Assembly (NCBI GenBank): GCA_047150005.1
Contig: AP038806.1
Coordinates: forward strand, 2,240,001 to 2,304,000
Length of the DNA stretch: 64,000 nt
Direction: 5' to 3'
From: Nitrospira sp.
GTDB taxonomy: Bacteria > Nitrospirota > Nitrospiria > Nitrospirales > Nitrospiraceae
Numbering within the stretch: the first letter of the stretch is position 1; each line of letters opens with the position of its first letter. Position numbers and translations under genes: made by a program. The notes below the pieces were generated by a model, which ran no database searches, was not told where the DNA came from, and saw only the letters and a list, made by a program, of their open reading frames with translations. Of the stretch, positions 48,149-55,929 are shown piece after piece.

Positions 48149-49318
48149 ATGCGACCCCTCAACCCCGCCATCGTGTCTCCGCTGCTGCTGAATACCATCG
48201 GCCAACTGGCTGAGAAAGAAGGCATTTCAGATGAGAGGCTTGTGCGGGCTGTCGCCCAGCTATCCCACCTCTTCACCAAAGAACGAACGTCGCTGAACCG
48301 GCCCTACCTCGAAGATCCGGTCTTGGCCTCGGCTTATCTTCAGTATTTCCTGCCGGTGAATCTCTCCAAGATTCAAGTGCTGCTCGATGAGATGCCGGCT
48401 CTCGAATCGACCGAACGATGTTCCGTGCTGGATCTCGGCTCCGGTCCTGGCACCGGAGCTCTCGCCGTCCTCGACTGGTGGCATGAGCGAAGGTTGACCG
48501 GCGCCGTATCAGTCGTTGCAGTAGACAGCTCTTCCGCAGCACACCGACAAGCGGAGCAACTCTGGGTCCACTACTGCCGCGTCGCGGGCATCGTGGAAGT
48601 GAAGCTTCAGATTTGCGAAGGTGATATTGAAAGGAGTGTCTGGCTCGAGCAGGTTAGGCCAAGCGCTCCATTCGACCTCATCATCCTTGCCAATTGCCTG
48701 AATGAGATCCATGCAGACGCCAAAGATCGAATCGCCGCGCGAGCCAGACTAGTGACAGAATTACTGGCGCTGCTTGCGCCACATGGCACCATGATGATCG
48801 TCGAGCCGGCTCTGCGGGAAACCTCGCGCGCACTGCATCAGGTGCGCGATCGGTTGCTGCAGGAGAAGCGGTGCACCGTCTACAGCCCTTGCCTCCATGA
48901 GAACAGCTGTCCCGCCTTGGTGAACCCGGACAATTGGTGCCACGAGGAGCGGGCCTGGAACCCACCGGCGTCGATCCAAGAAATCGACGAGGAGGTCGGC
49001 TTCATCAAAGATGCGCTGAAGTTTTCCTATCTGTTGCTGAGAACGGATGGACGTACGATTACGCCACGCGCGCCCCAGACGTTTCGAATCGTCAGCGAAC
49101 TGCGTGAACTCAAGGGGGACACCAGAGCCTGGGTCTGTAATGAACTGGGTCGTTTGGAAATCGGTCGGCTCGATCGGGCAGAATCAGAGACCAACAGGGC
49201 ATGGAGTGAGTGCCAGCGCGGCACGATCGTGCAGATCAAGGGCCTGAAGCGAAAAGACGGGGCGACGTTGGCAAGAATTCCTGCTGATGGAACAGTGGAA
49301 ATTGTGAGGCCAGTCTAG
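48149..49318 (+). CDS. Rsm22/METTL17-like SAM-dependent methyltransferase
   Basis: AYLQYF, VLDLGSGPGT, IVEP, SPCLH...CP..WCH, KFSYL, C-terminal OB-like region. Confidence 0.8.
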   Translation: MRPLNPAIVSPLLLNTIGQLAEKEGISDERLVRAVAQLSHLFTKERTSLNRPYLEDPVLASAYLQYFLPVNLSKIQVLLDEMPALESTERCSVLDLGSGPGTGALAVLDWWHERRLTGAVSVVAVDSSSAAHRQAEQLWVHYCRVAGIVEVKLQICEGDIERSVWLEQVRPSAPFDLIILANCLNEIHADAKDRIAARARLVTELLALLAPHGTMMIVEPALRETSRALHQVRDRLLQEKRCTVYSPCLHENSCPALVNPDNWCHEERAWNPPASIQEIDEEVGFIKDALKFSYLLLRTDGRTITPRAPQTFRIVSELRELKGDTRAWVCNELGRLEIGRLDRAESETNRAWSECQRGTIVQIKGLKRKDGATLARIPADGTVEIVRPV

Positions 49319-50151
49319 AACCTATCTCAAAATTGCTTTAGGAGCATGGTAATCGATGCGAGCTGCACAAACCCCAGGAAGTTTGAGGCGTAATATTCCC
49401 AACGTACGAGTAACCGCCGCTTCCATTGGAGCCACGCAAAGAACCGTTCGACGAGCCAGCGGCGTTGGTACCGGCGCAAGTGGCGCCCGTCCTGGGTCTT
49501 GAGTTTGCGGGTGGACCGGTGCGGCGCGATCAGGTTCACGCCGCCTTGCTTGAGGTCGTCATCGAGCCCATCGCTGTCATAGGCCCGATCGCCGATGAGA
49601 TGCTCGGGCTTGGCCTCCAGCATGTAGAAGTCGAAACTGAGTTGGACCAATGTGACCTCATGATGATTGGCCGCGTGCGTACTGACCGAGAGCGGCAACC
49701 CATGACGATCCACAATCGCCAGGATCTTCACGCCTTTGCCGCGTTTCGTGAGCCCCACCGCGTCGCCCCCGCCCTTGGCGGCCGCGAACGTCGCGTCGAT
49801 GAAACTCTCGCGCTCGTCGATGGCGCCCTCGTCGCGCAGCGTATTCGCCAACTGCGTGAGAATCTCGCGCAGCACCTCGCGTTCGCACCACTGCTGAAAT
49901 CGGCGATGAACCGTTTTGTAGTTGGGATAGCACTGCGGCAGCATGTGCCACTGCGCCCCGGTGTTCAGAATCCACAGCACGGCCTCCAAGACCGCGCGGG
50001 CGGGCACGGGTTTGCGGCCGGGCCGGCCTTCGGGAATGTGTTCCTCGGGAAAATGTTCCCGAATCCGCTCCCATTGGTCGTCGCGCAGGCGCAACATGCG
50101 GGCGCATTATAGGCACTTTTCTGATGAGCACAACCATTTTGAGATAGGTTC
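49318..50151 (-). mobile_element. IS5-family insertion sequence (IS427/IS1031-like), ~834 bp
   Basis: Perfect terminal inverted repeats (CTA)GAACCTATCTCAAAAT and ATTTTGAGATAGGTTC(TAG); inserted at CTAG (TA or CTAG duplication). Confidence 0.92.
49327..50097 (-). CDS. IS5 family transposase
   Basis: TGAQWHMLP, IDAT, GDRAYD, YQRRWLVERFFAWL DDE motifs; single intact frame. Confidence 0.95.
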   Translation of the reverse strand: MLRLRDDQWERIREHFPEEHIPEGRPGRKPVPARAVLEAVLWILNTGAQWHMLPQCYPNYKTVHRRFQQWCEREVLREILTQLANTLRDEGAIDERESFIDATFAAAKGGGDAVGLTKRGKGVKILAIVDRHGLPLSVSTHAANHHEVTLVQLSFDFYMLEAKPEHLIGDRAYDSDGLDDDLKQGGVNLIAPHRSTRKLKTQDGRHLRRYQRRWLVERFFAWLQWKRRLLVRWEYYASNFLGFVQLASITMLLKQF

Positions 50152-50167
50152 TAGTAACCCGAAGGGC

Positions 50168-50406
50168 AGGCGGGGCGATCCCTTGTGCTCGCGCGACGCG
50201 CACGCAAGAAGCGGAGGAGGCGGCCTAGTTGTCCTCTTGCTCGCGGAATGCGGCACACCAGACCCATCGTATTGCTGAACTAGGGGAGGTGCTCGTTCAA
50301 CGCGCGCAGTCGAGGATCAACCAGGCCACCTCTTAGAGAACAGCCGAGCGAGCTTGGAAAGACCATTGTTGGCTGCATGCGCGCACGTTTGGGATCGTCC
50401 CCGCCT
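50168..50406. repeat. Nested palindromic non-coding element (MITE/REP-like)
   Basis: Outer IR AGGCGGGG(-)CGATCCC / GGGATCGTCCCCGCCT; inner imperfect IR 50218-50256 versus 50289-50331. Confidence 0.7.
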
Positions 50407-50639
50407 CCACCGCTTGAAGAAACAGTGGCGGGGCCAGACCGCCAATGGATCTGGCCCTGCTCAGAGTTTCGTCTCAGTGCGGATCCGATCCAGCTGGTCA
50501 AGACGAAGAGAAGTGTAAGCAGGGGCAGTCGCCGATAGACTATTCCTGGTTGCTGACAGGATTCACAATGTTGAATCTCTTCAAGGTCTGATGAATGCAA
50601 CGCGCAGGAATCACTAGGCTAGACGAACAATAGGTCTCT

Positions 50640-52016
50640 ATGAGTTCAAACTGGCATCATGCCTTCAATCCTCAATCGTTTTTGAAGCGGGTTAAGCTCG
50701 AAAGTCTTCTTAAGCGAAATGATGCTTATGCGGATAACCGAATCGAAAAGCTCGGGAAACCGTGTCTGTCATGCGGAGGCTCTGTCGCCCCTGGATTACT
50801 TCTAAACGAAGGGTCGTATCTCTGCGCGGTTTGCTTTGATCGTCTTTCCCTAATCCAATATCCCGAGAGGTACGAAAAACTATGGCGCAACCACCTCATT
50901 GCGTTGGAGGCACGTAGAAAAGCACGCCAAGAGTTGATTAGAAACAGCCCGGAGTTGGCCCACGAGAGGATCGTCAACTATGGGTTCTGGTTCTCATTCC
51001 TTCTTTGTTTCATTCAGGTTGGTTTCATTGTGGTGCCAGTCGCTCTTTTTCTTATTGCAAGGTACTTTCACGAGAAACACAACAAGGCCTTGAACGATTG
51101 GGAAAGGCAATATCCTGAACCATCTGCCCCAGCAGTTCGACATTTTCATGATCCTGCTGCAGAACTGACACGGCAGGATAGAGCTACTCTCTACATATTC
51201 AATCACTGGCCAGGCTATCCACCCTTTTGGGGTTACCTGCGTGAAGTGGTCTTAAGAAACGATAACGGGCGATGCCAAGTATCTGGATGCCCCTCGCGGC
51301 TTGAACTCCATATTCATCACATCAAGCCCGTTTCAGAAGGGGGAGAGCACTCGCCGGAGAATCTCGTCTCGTTATGTGATTTTCACCATGCTCTCGAACC
51401 TGATAAAGGACACGAACGAATTTGGGGGAACATCAAGACGAGGTATTTCACTCTTGTCTGTGAACATGAGCGCTCCAATCGAGTTTCCTCTGGTAGTCAT
51501 AGTGTTTGTGCTCACCTCAGGCGCTTGCAACTGGTTTCCTTGAAAGAGTTGCATGAATTAAGGAAGACGTATGGTTTCAGCTGCCCTCAATGCCAGAATT
51601 TCGATATCAAGTTCACGTTGCCCAGCGGCAGGAACATGATCGAAGTTAGCTGCCCGACTTGTGAAAAGAGCGTAGAAGGTCCCCAAGAACTCACGGAAGA
51701 AACTGGTCCCCGCCTGGCCGAACTACTCCGTGTGACCCGCAATCATGGGCGCTGGCCTGCAAGATGGGATATGCTCATGGAGCGTAGGGATGCAGTTTGG
51801 GGCGATTGGAAGGGATCTCGTGCTACGAGGAGGCGTAGTGACTTCAAGAAGCGAGTGGAACAGGATTTGTCAAAGCCAATATGCCCTGAGTGTGGTGCGC
51901 CTATGCGTCTAATTCGACCTAGACCAAGCGACGGATGGAAACCATTTTGGGGTTGCACTCAGTATAGAGTTACTGGTTGTAGGGGAAGTTCGAGGTTCTC
52001 TGAAGCGGAGCATTGA
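50640..52016 (+). CDS. Membrane-anchored HNH endonuclease with multiple zinc ribbons
   Basis: CxxC/CxxC, hydrophobic segment, HNH (CQVSGC..HIHH..GG..NLVSLCDFHH), CxxC/CxxC, C-terminal topoisomerase-type C4 ribbon; visibly lower GC. Confidence 0.85.
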   Translation: MSSNWHHAFNPQSFLKRVKLESLLKRNDAYADNRIEKLGKPCLSCGGSVAPGLLLNEGSYLCAVCFDRLSLIQYPERYEKLWRNHLIALEARRKARQELIRNSPELAHERIVNYGFWFSFLLCFIQVGFIVVPVALFLIARYFHEKHNKALNDWERQYPEPSAPAVRHFHDPAAELTRQDRATLYIFNHWPGYPPFWGYLREVVLRNDNGRCQVSGCPSRLELHIHHIKPVSEGGEHSPENLVSLCDFHHALEPDKGHERIWGNIKTRYFTLVCEHERSNRVSSGSHSVCAHLRRLQLVSLKELHELRKTYGFSCPQCQNFDIKFTLPSGRNMIEVSCPTCEKSVEGPQELTEETGPRLAELLRVTRNHGRWPARWDMLMERRDAVWGDWKGSRATRRRSDFKKRVEQDLSKPICPECGAPMRLIRPRPSDGWKPFWGCTQYRVTGCRGSSRFSEAEH

Positions 52017-52372
52017 CCCACTCCGCTAGGCACTTAAGTGAAGATGCCCATTTCAACTTTGATTCTCTCTAGGCGACGGGTCTACTAGCGACCCGTCGAC
52101 GACTCATTCTCTCTTCAGAGCTGCGCTGAGCGGTCTTGCTTTGAGATTGCGGGTGGCGCCGATCAGGGACCCTTCTCACCCGCCCACCCTGCCTGCGCCG
52201 AGACGCAGGCCTTTCCCAAGCGCCCGCAACGGAAGGGGAAGACAGCTGTTCACAGCGAGAATCAGTGAATGGGATCAACTGCCAAGGCGATAACGATAGT
52301 CGAAAGGACCTCCCACGGGGGGATGGGTGGAGTGAGGGCGGACGGGGTGGTCGGCGCCAGGACCCGCTCTCT

Positions 52373-52555
52373 CTAATCCGCTTCCGGTTCCGAACTGCCG
52401 TGCTGGTGGGATACCCGATCCTCGTCGAACAGCTCTTCCATTTCCTCTGCGATCATATCGCGATCGTTCGGAACCGAGATAAGGGGGATTTCCTTCCGAG
52501 CCTTGGGCTCTTTCTCCGCTTCCGGCGGTTCAGGCTGTTTGGGCTTGTCGCTCAT
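52373..52555 (-). CDS. Small acidic hypothetical protein (60 aa)
   Basis: ORF MSDKPKQPE..; TATACT 6 nt upstream of the ATG. Confidence 0.55.
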   Translation of the reverse strand: MSDKPKQPEPPEAEKEPKARKEIPLISVPNDRDMIAEEMEELFDEDRVSHQHGSSEPEAD

Positions 52556-52592
52556 AGCTGAAGTATACACACCCGGCCGAGGGAAAGGCGAG

Positions 52593-52952
52593 CTATTCAA
52601 AGGCTTCGAGTGAGGACCTTTCCGGGAAGGCTCTCTTGCAGTTGGTGCAAGTCACGAAGTAAATAGCTTCACGGACCGACATGGTGATCCGAAAATCCAG
52701 GCTGACGCCACGATGGTTGCAGGCGGTGCAGGAGATTTCCTTCAACCGATAGGGCACATCCGGCTGGGTACGCAAATAGAACTCCATATCCGTATAGACC
52801 GGAAAACTGTAGAAGCATTTTTTGCACACCCCGCGCCATTCACCGTCGGACTGCATGAATCGCTGGTCGATGCCGAAACTGGATCCCTTGCAGATGGCAC
52901 ACCGCACGGTGGACAATCTCGATTCAACGTCAGGAACTGAGAGATTGGGCAT
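52593..52952 (-). CDS. Double zinc-ribbon hypothetical protein
   Basis: Four CxxC pairs (CAIC, CKKC, CTAC, CTNC); AGGAG SD; TTGCAG-N18-TATACT promoter. Confidence 0.75.
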   Translation of the reverse strand: MPNLSVPDVESRLSTVRCAICKGSSFGIDQRFMQSDGEWRGVCKKCFYSFPVYTDMEFYLRTQPDVPYRLKEISCTACNHRGVSLDFRITMSVREAIYFVTCTNCKRAFPERSSLEAFE

Positions 52953-53065
52953 TAGAGCGGTTCTCCTTCGATCCCGCCGAGTATAGCGTTCGGACCGAAA
53001 TGACTGCAACCGCGGCATCGATTCGGACTTGATCAAGAACCGCATCGATTCTATAGTTGATTGCG

Positions 53066-53506
53066 ATGTATCAGATCACCGAGAAGTTGGCCGTCGGCAA
53101 TGCTTCCCATGCCGAGAGTCCGCCCGCCAGCATCGGGGCGTTGTTGATGGTGGCGGCTGAACTGTTGATTGCACCGCCGGCAGGGGTTGCTTACGGCAGG
53201 ATCCCTTTGAAAGAATACGGAGAAGCGGGGGTTTCCTCGCTCGACCAAGCCGTCGCCTGGCTTGAAGCGCACCTGACGGAAAATCGTGTCCTGGTCTGCT
53301 GCCGCGCGGGGATGGGACGCTCCGTCTCGGTCGTGCTGGCCTATCTCTGCTGTGCGGAGAACATGGCCTATCCCGATGCCTTGAGCCTGGTGTTGAAGCG
53401 CCGGCCGGGTGCTGTCCCCCTCCCGAACTTGCGCTGGACCATCGAGGCAGTGCAACAGCTTCGCGAATCTCGAAGAACGGCTGATGCGTCCGGTCTGAGG
53501 GCTTGA
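53066..53506 (+). CDS. Dual-specificity protein phosphatase family protein
   Basis: VLVCCRAGMGRS (CX5R) loop and AYL; TTGATC-N17-TATAGT promoter immediately upstream. Confidence 0.8.
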   Translation: MYQITEKLAVGNASHAESPPASIGALLMVAAELLIAPPAGVAYGRIPLKEYGEAGVSSLDQAVAWLEAHLTENRVLVCCRAGMGRSVSVVLAYLCCAENMAYPDALSLVLKRRPGAVPLPNLRWTIEAVQQLRESRRTADASGLRA

Positions 53507-53591
53507 TACCCGCCCGGCCGAGATCCGCTCGTGTCTCTTCCTCAGACCACACTGTTCAAGCCGGTCCTTGACGAGACGGAGTACCTTGTTC

Positions 53592-54464
53592 ATGCCGGAA
53601 CTCCCTGAAGCGGAAGTCGTCGCCAGACAAATCCGGTCCCGTTTGACCGGTGCGAGGCTGGTCGACGTGATCCTCGGTCGCCGGGACATCGTCAGGGAAG
53701 GAGTGGGCACCCTGTCCTGGTATCGAGAGACCCGACTGATCTCCATCGACCGATACGGCAAGAGTGTCGCGCTGGGGTTTCAGAGAAGCGCCGAGGTGCG
53801 ATACGTGGTGGCTGAGCTCGGGATGACCGGCCTCCTGCTGTTCGACACCGTCCCGATCAGACATCCTCGGCATGTTCACGTGGAGTTGACCTTCGAAGAA
53901 GGCTCCGAGCAGACGCTTCGCTATTGGAACCCACGCCGATTCGGCCGCCTGTCCCTCCTTGATGCTTCCGGACTTGACCGGTACATCTCCCGCCGCTTCG
54001 GCTACGATCCGTTGACGGTCTCACGCGAGGAGTTTGCCGGCCTCCTGAGCCGTCGACGAGGCAGGTTGAAACCCTTGTTGATGCATCAGCAAATGGTGGC
54101 CGGTATCGGTAATATTTACGCGAACGAGATCCTGTTCCGTGCCGGCTTGCACCCGAACTGTCAGGCCAATCGCCTGCGCCCCGACAGGATCGACAGGCTG
54201 TTCCAAATCACCCAGCAAGTGCTCAGGCAGGCGATCGACTGCGGTGGATCGAGCGTACGGGATTTCTTCGCTCCCGACGGGACGGAAGGCGAATACAAGC
54301 GACATCATCTGGTCTATGGGAAGGAGGGTGAGCCTTGTCCCAACCGATGCGGAGGGACCATCAGGCGGCTCCAGAGCGAGCGAAGCTCGTTCATCTGCCC
54401 TGGTTGTCAAGGGCAGCGACGTCCGATGGGCTCGACAGGCACGAATGCGCCGGGCGCTCGATGA
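53592..54464 (+). CDS. mutM: Formamidopyrimidine-DNA glycosylase (Fpg/Nei)
   Basis: MPELPE, LGMTG, RRFG, GIGNIYANE, C-terminal zinc finger. Confidence 0.92.
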   Translation: MPELPEAEVVARQIRSRLTGARLVDVILGRRDIVREGVGTLSWYRETRLISIDRYGKSVALGFQRSAEVRYVVAELGMTGLLLFDTVPIRHPRHVHVELTFEEGSEQTLRYWNPRRFGRLSLLDASGLDRYISRRFGYDPLTVSREEFAGLLSRRRGRLKPLLMHQQMVAGIGNIYANEILFRAGLHPNCQANRLRPDRIDRLFQITQQVLRQAIDCGGSSVRDFFAPDGTEGEYKRHHLVYGKEGEPCPNRCGGTIRRLQSERSSFICPGCQGQRRPMGSTGTNAPGAR

Positions 54465-54559
54465 AACACCATTAGAAATCGGCAACTTGCGCCTCTCGTG
54501 CACCCCTGGTCTCGTCGGCTAGGCCTTTTGCTCCCCCGCGAATTAGTCCCTCTGGTGTA

Positions 54560-54588
54560 TTGAGTCATCTCCGCTATTTCGCTACAAT
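54560..54588 (+). promoter_or_regulatory. sigma70-type promoter of aclBA
   Basis: TTGAGT-N17-TACAAT. Confidence 0.6.
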
Positions 54589-54637
54589 CCGGCTCCCTTG
54601 TTACCGCTTGCCACTCGCGTCACGAAGGAGACCCGTC

Positions 54638-55834
54638 ATGGCCAAAGTGCTCGAAGGTCCCGGCATGGGGCTGATGAAGAAATGGGGAATTGCCGTTCCG
54701 CAGTATGTCGTTGTCACCTCCGCCGATGAACTCGCCAAGCTGGGACAAGCCAATGAATGGATGAAGAAAAGCAAGCTGGTTGCCAAGGCCCATGAAGCCT
54801 TGGGGTCCCGGTTCAAGCTTGGTCTGGTCAAAGTCGGCCTCGATGTGAATGAGGCGGTGGCGGCGACGAAAGAGATGATCGGCCGTCAGGTCGGCAGTAT
54901 CACGGTGACGCAGGTCATCGTGTCCGAGATGATTCCGCACAAGGAGGAGTTCTACTGCGCGGTCAAGTCGACCCGCGAGGGCAGCGAGATTCTCGTGGCC
55001 AACTGTGGCGGCATCGAAGTGGAGTCGAATTGGGACAGGGTCAAGCGGTTGACCTTGGATGTCGGACAGCAGCCGACCCCGGAAGCATTGGAGAAGTCGG
55101 CCAAGGATGCGGGGTTCTCCGGGTCCTTGACGAAGAAAATGGCGGACTTTGCCGGGAAAATGTTCACCTGCTTCGACAACGAAGACGCGCAGTATCTTGA
55201 AGTCAATCCCGTGGTCGTGCGGGAAAGCGACGGCGAACTGGTCGCCCTCGATGCGGTCACGCTGCTCGACGGCGACGCCAAGTTCAGGCATCCGGACTGG
55301 AATTTTCAGTTTGCCGCCGAGTTCGGCCGTGCGTATTCCAAGGACGAGATGGAAGTGATGGCCGTCGACAGCAAGATCAAAGGGTCCGTGAAATTCATTG
55401 AAATTCCCGGCGGCGATACGGCGATGCTCCCGGCCGGCGGCGGCGCCAGCGTGTACTACTCGGATGCGGTCGTGGCGCGCGGCGGCAAACTGGCCAACTA
55501 TGCGGAGTATTCCGGAGATCCTCCCGACTGGGCCGTCGAGGTCCTGACCGAAAAGATCTGTTCGCTCCCCCACATCAAGAACATTATCGTCGGTGGCGCC
55601 ATCGCCAACTTTACCGACGTCAAGAAGACCTTCGGCGGCATCATCAACGGATTCCGGAAAGCCAAGTCTGACGGCAAGCTCAAGCATGTCAAGATTTGGG
55701 TTCGCCGCGGCGGCCCCAGAGAAAAGGAGGGCCTCGACGCCATGCGGGCTCTCAAGGACGAAGGATTCGACATCCACGTCTTCGATCGCAACACACCGCT
55801 GACCGATATCGTCGACAAGGCCCTGCAGAAGTAA
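54638..55834 (+). CDS. aclB: ATP-citrate lyase beta subunit
   Basis: ATP-grasp region, AGGGASVYYSD, ANYAEYSG, GGAIANFTDV, VRRGGP. Confidence 0.95.
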   Translation: MAKVLEGPGMGLMKKWGIAVPQYVVVTSADELAKLGQANEWMKKSKLVAKAHEALGSRFKLGLVKVGLDVNEAVAATKEMIGRQVGSITVTQVIVSEMIPHKEEFYCAVKSTREGSEILVANCGGIEVESNWDRVKRLTLDVGQQPTPEALEKSAKDAGFSGSLTKKMADFAGKMFTCFDNEDAQYLEVNPVVVRESDGELVALDAVTLLDGDAKFRHPDWNFQFAAEFGRAYSKDEMEVMAVDSKIKGSVKFIEIPGGDTAMLPAGGGASVYYSDAVVARGGKLANYAEYSGDPPDWAVEVLTEKICSLPHIKNIIVGGAIANFTDVKKTFGGIINGFRKAKSDGKLKHVKIWVRRGGPREKEGLDAMRALKDEGFDIHVFDRNTPLTDIVDKALQK

Positions 55835-55840
55835 GACAAA

Positions 55841-55911
55841 AGTTCTGAGTCCTGAGTGCTGAGCAGCGGAGCAATTCTTCACTCAGCACCCAGCACTGAG
55901 CACTCAGCACT
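55841..55911. repeat. Inverted heptamer-repeat element, family B (AGTGCTG/CAGCACT)
   Basis: AGTTCTG-AGTCCTG-AGTGCTG-AGC ... ACTCAGC-ACCCAGC-ACTGAGC-ACTCAGC-ACT. Confidence 0.8.
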
Positions 55912-55929
55912 AGGAAAGAGGAGACTCCG

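Noticed and set aside
50407..52100. Integron cassette (attC) or restriction-modification pairing of the HNH gene with the upstream methyltransferase
   Set aside because: No RYYYAAC..GTTRRRY attC structure was found. The methyltransferase is Rsm22-like and lacks DNA methylase catalytic motifs (DPPY/NPPY, or PCQ with ENV).
55841..55911. CRISPR-like array
   Set aside because: Units are 7 bp, tandem and inverted, with no unique spacers and no cas genes in the window.
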